DNA of 64,000 nt, taken from the NCBI GenBank assembly GCA_964371245.1, contig CAYJKP010000001.1, forward strand, positions 571,042 to 635,041. The letters are read 5' to 3'. The notes under the pieces are model-generated. The model searched no databases. It worked only from the letters and a program-made list of their open reading frames with translations, and was not told where the DNA came from. Both the position numbers and the translations under genes were made by a program. The stretch is from an uncultured Gammaproteobacteria bacterium (GTDB lineage: Bacteria; Patescibacteriota; Patescibacteriia; JAHIZJ01). Of this stretch, positions 58,713 to 64,000 are shown one piece after another. Position 1 is the stretch's first letter, and each line of letters opens with the position of its first letter.

Positions 58713-59453
58713 ATGATCGAAAATCCTGAACAAGAACGTGCCTTACGGCGCGAGATGGTAAAAAGCCATGAGTTGCCTGGCCGCGGTTTTAATATTGAAA
58801 ACCTGCCCGGCGAGCGCTCCGAAACAATCAATGAGCTTGGGTATCCGAAAACTGATACGATCCGCGATCCCGAACAGATAATCATGCGCGACGGAAAACA
58901 AGAACAGGCCAAGGTTTGGGAAAAGCGCTGGGATTATAAACGCGAGCAAGGACCTGACAACCAGTGGCGGGATACTGAGGAAGTGATGTCAATCACAGAA
59001 ATCGAACGTGAATATAGCAATAACGGTCAGACCGAACTTGAACGCGGCCGGCATCAGATGCGCGAGCATGATTGGGAAACCCTGCGCAATTTTGATGAGC
59101 GCGGCACTCTGACGAAGGAAGCAGGCAAGGTCACCGCCGGCGAGAAAAAGGGCGAACACTGGGAAGTCAATATTGAGCGAACCCAGGTCGGCTCCTATAC
59201 CGAGATTGTCGAGACGACTACGGGCGAACGAGCCGTCACAACGGCTGGCCAGACGATACTTGAGGCCCATCGGACGGTTAAGGTTCAGTACCGCAACGCT
59301 GATAACACAGCCATTTTCGGCTGGAAACAAACGGAGGGCGATCCGGCCAGCCACCACAGCTGGGGCGTGAAACCCGTCGACCTTTTACCTGGCCAGCGCC
59401 TACGCGAGCCATTGGATTTCTTTAATGAAAAAGGCGAAGAAACAGAACAATAA
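58713..59453 (+). CDS. Hypothetical highly charged (E/R/K-rich) soluble protein
   Basis: A 246-aa ORF with its own promoter and a strong terminator. No transmembrane helix or recognisable domain. Confidence 0.5.
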   Translation: MIENPEQERALRREMVKSHELPGRGFNIENLPGERSETINELGYPKTDTIRDPEQIIMRDGKQEQAKVWEKRWDYKREQGPDNQWRDTEEVMSITEIEREYSNNGQTELERGRHQMREHDWETLRNFDERGTLTKEAGKVTAGEKKGEHWEVNIERTQVGSYTEIVETTTGERAVTTAGQTILEAHRTVKVQYRNADNTAIFGWKQTEGDPASHHSWGVKPVDLLPGQRLREPLDFFNEKGEETEQ

Positions 59454-59465
59454 ACTCGATCAATA

Positions 59466-59498
59466 TAAAAACCGCTGCCCGATGACAGCGGTTTTTGG
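59466..59498 (+). terminator. Bidirectional rho-independent terminator (ACCGCTGcccgatgaCAGCGGT followed by TTTTTGG)
   Basis: A 7-bp stem with flanking A and T runs, between convergent genes. Confidence 0.75.
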
Positions 59499-59507
59499 TT
59501 GGCTCGA

Positions 59508-60113
59508 TTATTTTTGCTTCCGATGATTTAAAAATAATTGAATGGCCGCGACGGTTTGGCTATCTTTAATTCGACCATCACGGATCATTTTCAGTATTTG
59601 CGTCAGCGAAAACCCTTTCACGCGATCGACTTCGCCGGTATCAAAATTACCCGCCTTCACGCAGCCCTCAGCTAAAAAAACCGTATAGCCCTGCGTATGG
59701 TGCCCGCAGGCTAGCCACAGATGGCCGAGACGGGTCATCGTTTTTGCCTTCAGGCCGGTTTCCTCGGTCAGTTCGCGCCGCGCCGAGGTGACGATGCTTT
59801 CCCCTTTTTCCCAATCGCCAGAGGGAAATTCCCAGGCCATTTCGTCCACGGCATACCGATAGAGCCGGATAAGATAAATCAACTTGCCTAACACGGGTAT
59901 GGTCAGGCCGTAGTCGCGCTTGTCGACTATGCCGTACGTGCCGCGAACGCCGTCCGGCCGGACGAATTTCTTCTCCCAAACCGTCATCCAGTGGTTCTGA
60001 TAGACGATCTTTTTTGATAATGTTTTCCAGGATTTCTTTGACTTCATGGTATTCATTATTATTCGCAAGCTTTCATATCCATTGTAGCTGGCCATGGAAA
60101 AATACACAAACAA
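59508..60113 (-). CDS. NUDIX hydrolase
   Basis: The Nudix box is GDWEKGESIVTSARRELTEETGL. Confidence 0.8.
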   Translation of the reverse strand: MFVYFSMASYNGYESLRIIMNTMKSKKSWKTLSKKIVYQNHWMTVWEKKFVRPDGVRGTYGIVDKRDYGLTIPVLGKLIYLIRLYRYAVDEMAWEFPSGDWEKGESIVTSARRELTEETGLKAKTMTRLGHLWLACGHHTQGYTVFLAEGCVKAGNFDTGEVDRVKGFSLTQILKMIRDGRIKDSQTVAAIQLFLNHRKQK

Positions 60114-60223
60114 CGCCCTTGCCTCTGTTGCGCAAGTATGGTAAAACGCAGGTATTACCGCCGTTTCTCCCGGCAGTTACGGCACCCAACCAGACGCCCT
60201 ATCTTCAAGGAGGAGTTTATTCA

Positions 60224-60658
60224 ATGAGGTGCGTAGCCCCGGCCACTCTCGTTGCGCCTCCGGCTGAGCGCACGGCGACATGGGTCGCGGTCGGCGATCG
60301 CGTCGTGTGTTATGTTGATGATCGTGCCAGGTTCTTTCCGAATGACGATCAGCTGGCTTTCTCGGACGCGTGGGTCACCGGCAGGGTCACGATTGCTTGT
60401 CCCCCTGGGCGGTGCCTCAAGCAACCGTACGCGTCCGTGGCCCTTGATCGAACGATCTTCCTGCAACCCAACCCCCATCGTCCGACAAACTCTCTTCGCC
60501 GTGAGATCGTCCTACTCTGGACCAGTCCGCGCATGCTTCGACGAGAGGAGTATCAACAGTTGCGCTCCGACCGTACGGCACTTGACGTCTGGCGGCTAGC
60601 TGCAATGATCCAAGAAGATCACTCCCCTCATTCGCTCGCGCATTTCGATCCGGAATGA
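60224..60658 (+). CDS. Hypothetical protein in a GC-rich patch
   Basis: The start is placed at MRCVAPATLV with an AGGAGG RBS 8 nt upstream. The ORF is about 60% GC. The longer ORF-track version from 60014 is probably an over-extension. Confidence 0.4.
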   Translation: MRCVAPATLVAPPAERTATWVAVGDRVVCYVDDRARFFPNDDQLAFSDAWVTGRVTIACPPGRCLKQPYASVALDRTIFLQPNPHRPTNSLRREIVLLWTSPRMLRREEYQQLRSDRTALDVWRLAAMIQEDHSPHSLAHFDPE

Positions 60659-60696
60659 TGCCGAGTCGAGATCGGTCTCAGCCCCTTGTGACTCAT

Positions 60697-61200
60697 TCAC
60701 AAGGGCTTTTCTTTTCCAATATTTCCCAACACTCCTTCTGCGAACTTTTGAGCTCGTCGACAATCACGAGTGTTCGGCCGACCGCGATATAAGCCGCCGA
60801 TGTATCTAAATATCCCCCAGCTATCCCAACCCGGGCAATCATATTCGCCAATGATCCGGTATTTTTTGTCCACCAGTATCCGGCGCAACTCTTGGTGGCT
60901 GCCGAACCAGGCGCCGTGAGTTGAAAATATAAAAACAGGGAAACCCACGCGTTCAGGCAGCCGGCCGGCAAAATCCAGCAGCGCCTGGTGGTGTTTCCAA
61001 AAATAAATACCCGAACCAAAACCGACCAAATCATATTCCATAACTTCTTCGGGTTTTATCGTAAACGGCTTCCTCAAATCGGCCGACAAAACATCGCCCA
61101 TTTTCCGGGCGATGGTTTCTGTATTCTGGTGGTGGATTGATTGGTAGATGATGAGCGTCTTCACTATATTTATCTCATCGGTTGTATTCACTCGGCTCAA
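60697..61200 (-). CDS. Flavodoxin-like fold protein
   Basis: KTLIIYQSIHHQNTETIARKM and the FSTHGAW region fit flavodoxin_2-type domains. Confidence 0.65.
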   Translation of the reverse strand: MSRVNTTDEINIVKTLIIYQSIHHQNTETIARKMGDVLSADLRKPFTIKPEEVMEYDLVGFGSGIYFWKHHQALLDFAGRLPERVGFPVFIFSTHGAWFGSHQELRRILVDKKYRIIGEYDCPGWDSWGIFRYIGGLYRGRPNTRDCRRAQKFAEGVLGNIGKEKPL

Positions 61201-61228
61201 CTTAATTTATTACTACTCATGACAAGTT

Positions 61229-61320
61229 TGGCTCCGGGGCAGGGACTCGAACCCCGATACCTGCCTCCAAAGGGTGGTGTCCCCGCCTCCGCGGCGGATC
61301 GCCGATGAGGCGACTACCGT
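61229..61320 (-). pseudogene. Degenerate tRNA 3' fragment (T-arm, acceptor 3' strand, CCA) carrying copy 1 of a 40-bp hairpin repeat in its D-region. It lacks a 5' acceptor strand.
   Basis: The minus-strand RNA reads ...GGUA[R]GGACACCACCCUUUGGAGGCAGGUAUCGGGGUUCGAGUCCCUGCCCCGGAGCCA. The anticodon stem has two mismatches. Its 3' acceptor strand is complementary to the 5' fragment at 61741-61796. Confidence 0.4.
61279..61318. repeat. Forty-base-pair GC-rich direct repeat, copy 1 (gtccccgcctccgcggcggatcgccgatgaggcgactacc)
   Basis: It matches 61741-61780 at 39 of 40 positions and is internally hairpin-forming (GCCTC...GAGGC, CGGCG...CGCCG). Confidence 0.8.
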
Positions 61321-61332
61321 TTATCCTCCAAG

Positions 61333-61403
61333 CTCGGGGACCAGGATTCGAACCTGGATAACCACCTCCAAAGGGTGGTGTCCTACCGTTAGACGATCCC
61401 CGA
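61333..61403 (-). tRNA. tRNA-Gln (anticodon TTG), CCA not encoded
   Basis: Folded by eye. The acceptor pairs UCGGGGA with UCCCCGA (U1:A72), the discriminator is G73, the D-arm is GUCU/GGAC, the anticodon stem is CCACC/GGUGG with loop CUUUGGA, and the T-arm is CCAGG-UUCGAAU-CCUGG. Confidence 0.8.
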
Positions 61404-61422
61404 GCCTGAATGACAAATTATT

Positions 61423-61698
61423 CTACGTTTCAATGAGCTTAGTATCTTTAAGATACGATTTGATTTTATCACGTAATATTTCTCTACCGTACCCTGACTT
61501 AAAAAATATTTCCGCCTTTACTGCATCCTCTTTTACGGCGTAGGCCTCATAAAAAGCGAGTTCAAAGGGTCTTTGTTTTCTGGTATAGCCGCCTCCGATA
61601 CCGAGATTATGTTCGCGCACTCTTCGCTCAATATCACAGGTACTTCCTACATATAGGCTGTTTGTTTTCAAGCTTCGTAAAACATACACGTACCACAT
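61423..61698 (-). CDS. GIY-YIG nuclease family protein (YhbQ/YazA-like, ~92 aa)
   Basis: MWYVYVLRSLKTNSLYVGSTCDIERRVREHN...YTRKQRPFEL matches the GIY-YIG domain. The N-terminal extension in the ORF track (to 61800) only translates the tRNA-like fragment and was trimmed. Confidence 0.75.
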   Translation of the reverse strand: MWYVYVLRSLKTNSLYVGSTCDIERRVREHNLGIGGGYTRKQRPFELAFYEAYAVKEDAVKAEIFFKSGYGREILRDKIKSYLKDTKLIET

Positions 61699-61740
61699 AA
61701 TAACCTTATTGCTCTCCCTGCAATCTTCCAAAATGATCCG

Positions 61741-61780
61741 GTCCCCGCCTCCGCGGCGGGTCGCCGATGAGGCGACTACC
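61741..61780. repeat. Forty-base-pair GC-rich direct repeat, copy 2
   Basis: It matches 61279-61318 at 39 of 40 positions. Confidence 0.8.
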
Positions 61781-61796
61781 ATTAGACGACCCCGGA
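61741..61796 (-). pseudogene. tRNA 5' fragment (acceptor 5' strand UCCGGGG, D-stem, D-loop) followed by copy 2 of the 40-bp repeat; no anticodon or T-arm
   Basis: The minus-strand RNA reads UCCGGGGUCGUCUAAUGGUA[R]GGAC then unrelated sequence. It is flanked by a 7-bp inverted repeat GATCCGG/CCGGATC. Confidence 0.4.
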
Positions 61797-61891
61797 TCAA
61801 AAACCGCTATTATTATCGACACCCACCGCGCCTACAAACAAAAAATGGGCGTATCACCCATATCCTAGCAAACAATCGAAGTTTTTTCAAC

Positions 61892-63220
61892 TCATTTAAG
61901 AAATAAATAAATTATACTCGCGATGGCGACAATAATCATGAAAATAGTAATTATCCATCCCAGAACATTTACTGGCCGATTATTGGCGTATTCACCCAGG
62001 TGTTTTTTGCTGCTGCTGATAAGCATGATAAAAACCATCAGGATGGGCGCGATAATGCCATTAAGAATGGCCGCGTAAATCAACGCCTTGATCGGATCGA
62101 GACCGATGAAATTGATGGCAAAACCAATGACAATGGCGGCAATAATCACACCATAAAAAGCGTAGGCGTTTTTTAATTTCCGATAGAGTCCTTCGTGCCA
62201 ACGAAAACTTTCTGAAAATGCATAGGCGGCTGAACCAGCTAAAACCGGTATCGCCAGCAGTCCGATCCCGATGATACCAACGGCGAAAAGAAGGGTGGCA
62301 TACTGTCCAGCGAACGGCCGAAGCGCCTCAGCGGCCTGAGCGGCAGTGTCGATGTTCATAATTCCCGCCGGGTGTAAAACCGCTCCCGTTGTTAAAATAA
62401 TAAAAAACATGACGATATTTGAAAAGAACATACCGGTCCAAACGTCCCGGCGCATGGCCTGGATCTCCGGCCAATTATCTTCTTGCGATCGGGCTTTTAT
62501 CGTCGTTTGGCCGCCTAAGATTTCTTCCTCGACTTCTTGGGAGGCCTGCCAAAAAAAGAGGTACGGCGAAATAGTCGTGCCAAGAATGCCACAAATCAGG
62601 AGGATTTGATCACGCGATAATTGCAGTGACGGGATAACGGCTCGACGCGCGACTTCTCCCCAATCAACGCCTTTGAGCGTTAAGGCGGTAATCACATAGG
62701 CAAGCAAAACAAGGGCCAATATTTTCAGTACTTTTGAATACTTGCGATACGAGGTGAATATTTCCAAAATCAGCGTTACCACGGTAAAGCCGATGAGCAA
62801 TATGGCGTATTTTAATTGGGGAGCTAACAGTTTCGTCGCCTCGGCCATGGCGCCGAGATCCGCACCGATATTAAACGTATTGGCAATAAATAACAGCACC
62901 GTGCAAAGATACAGCATCCAGCGAGGAAAGTGGAGGCGAATATTGGCCGCTAAGCCACGGCCAGTAACCAAGCCAATCCGGGCGCACATTTCCTGGACGA
63001 TCGTCATGAACGGAAACGTAAATGCCGCCAACCAAAGGAGCTGGAAGCCGAAACGGCTCCCCGTTTGCGAATATGTGGCGATACCGGACGGATCATCGTC
63101 GGCCGCCCCAGTCGTTAAACCAGGACCGAGTTGATGCCAAAACCGGCCCAGCCTTCTCAAACGATTGGATATGTTGGGACGGCGAGGGTTTGGCTTTACG
63201 GTTGGTGGTTTTTTTGGCAC
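61892..63220 (-). CDS. mntH: NRAMP family divalent metal (Mn2+/Fe2+) transporter
   Basis: The DPGN-type motif GAADDDPSGIATYSQTG is present. 442 aa with about 11 transmembrane helices. Confidence 0.9.
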   Translation of the reverse strand: MPKKPPTVKPNPRRPNISNRLRRLGRFWHQLGPGLTTGAADDDPSGIATYSQTGSRFGFQLLWLAAFTFPFMTIVQEMCARIGLVTGRGLAANIRLHFPRWMLYLCTVLLFIANTFNIGADLGAMAEATKLLAPQLKYAILLIGFTVVTLILEIFTSYRKYSKVLKILALVLLAYVITALTLKGVDWGEVARRAVIPSLQLSRDQILLICGILGTTISPYLFFWQASQEVEEEILGGQTTIKARSQEDNWPEIQAMRRDVWTGMFFSNIVMFFIILTTGAVLHPAGIMNIDTAAQAAEALRPFAGQYATLLFAVGIIGIGLLAIPVLAGSAAYAFSESFRWHEGLYRKLKNAYAFYGVIIAAIVIGFAINFIGLDPIKALIYAAILNGIIAPILMVFIMLISSSKKHLGEYANNRPVNVLGWIITIFMIIVAIASIIYLFLK

Positions 63221-63254
63221 GCTCTAAAAGTTATCGAGCACCTGTATCGTTATA

Positions 63255-64000
63255 TTATACCTTCAAATGCCGACCAATCGCGATCATTGACGAAATCACC
63301 GAGAGAATCAAAGCCACAATCAGCTGAAGACCGAATATTTCGAAAAAATGGCTGGCAAAGTAACTCGCAATATTCAGATCATAGCCCTGGAAAAAGTTCG
63401 TTATTTGGGGTGAAATGACTTTTAACAACGGATAGAGTATGCCCGTGGAGATTGCCGTCGCGAGCAATGCATAGATTACGCTTTCGAGAATGAATGGTCC
63501 GCGGATAAACCAACCCGTCGCACCGACCAAGCGCATAATGCCGATCTCTTCGCGATGCGTGTAGATCGTGATCCGAATAGTGTTAAAAATTACCAGGATC
63601 GCGATAATTATAAACGTGACGCTCATCACTAAGGCGACCTGATATAACCGATCAGTGATATTCGTCAATCGCCGGATAACAGTTTGATAATCCTCGAAAT
63701 CTTTGTCATAAATAAGCTGGCTGTAACTTGGGTCTGACAATACCTGCAAAACCTCATTTGATTTATTGAGATCTTTCACGCGGATGATCAGGGTTGAGCC
63801 GAGCGGATTGTCCGCTAACACCTCCAGCGTTTCTTGGATAACCGGATCGTCCTTATACCGTTCTTTGAATGAGGCCAGCGATTGCTCCTTCGGAATAAAC
63901 GTTACGTCCTTCACGGCCTCGAGTGTTTGGAGGCGCGCCTGGATCGCTTGGATTTCCTTTTCGGCCACATCGGGATTGAAATATACGCTCAAGTCGACTT
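63255..64000 (-). CDS. ftsX: Cell division protein FtsX (C-terminal part; the gene continues beyond the window end)
   Basis: An extracytoplasmic domain is followed by three C-terminal transmembrane helices of FtsX type. No start codon lies inside the window. Confidence 0.65.
   Translation of the reverse strand, partial: VDLSVYFNPDVAEKEIQAIQARLQTLEAVKDVTFIPKEQSLASFKERYKDDPVIQETLEVLADNPLGSTLIIRVKDLNKSNEVLQVLSDPSYSQLIYDKDFEDYQTVIRRLTNITDRLYQVALVMSVTFIIIAILVIFNTIRITIYTHREEIGIMRLVGATGWFIRGPFILESVIYALLATAISTGILYPLLKVISPQITNFFQGYDLNIASYFASHFFEIFGLQLIVALILSVISSMIAIGRHLKV

Noticed and set aside
61333-61403. Alternative reading of this tRNA as tRNA-Pro (UGG) or tRNA-His (with an extra 5' G)
   Set aside because: Only the CCACC/GGUGG anticodon stem with loop CUUUGGA gives a regular 5-bp stem and a 7-nt loop, and U1:A72 with G73 matches bacterial tRNA-Gln identity. 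The other registers leave unpaired bases in the acceptor and T-arms.
58360-61800. Integrated prophage or integrative element at the tRNA-Asn or tRNA-Gln genes
   Set aside because: No integrase, excisionase, phage structural genes or duplicated tRNA 3'-end attachment site were found. The only mobility-linked gene is the small GIY-YIG ORF, which is treated in a separate finding.

Overview
This 64-kb window is from a roughly 50% GC bacterium; GC values here are eyeballed, not computed. It is probably a small-genome Patescibacteria/CPR-like organism. That is an inference from gene content: a membrane-anchored ClpC-like ATPase, N/T-rich low-complexity surface proteins, an FG-GAP protein and compact minus-strand polycistrons. 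Most of the window is housekeeping. It holds the F0F1 ATP synthase operon (atpI-B-E-F-H-A, with atpA cut off at the window start) and four aminoacyl-tRNA synthetases (metG, glyQS, ileS, argS). It also holds an smpB-ssrA(tmRNA)-infC-rpmI-rplT cluster, plus tgt, recO, rmuC, tatD, cvpA, rsmI, an M16 peptidase, a membrane-anchored ClpB/C-family AAA+ ATPase and a partial ftsX. Transporters are two ABC systems, ZIP, NRAMP, EamA and AI-2E. There are also a GT4 glycosyltransferase, asparaginase, MBL and HAD hydrolases, Nudix and flavodoxin. RNA genes are a tmRNA (40321-40711), tRNA-Asn(GTT) (58360-58435, minus) and tRNA-Gln(TTG) (61333-61403, minus). The most unusual structure is at 61229-61800. There an intact tRNA-Gln and a small GIY-YIG nuclease gene sit between two near-identical 40-bp direct repeats, and each repeat lies inside one half of a split, degenerate tRNA-like gene. 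Other points worth follow-up are several short GC-rich (57-63%) islands with their own promoters and terminators that carry ORFans. These include a 439-aa protein translationally coupled to a zinc-ribbon protein, a stand-alone radical SAM/SPASM enzyme, and a GlcG-like protein plus a small zinc-ribbon ORF. A palindromic approximately 50-bp mini-element occurs twice (24.15 kb and 42.8 kb), flanked in one copy by a 10-bp direct repeat. No CRISPR array, integrase or transposase was seen.
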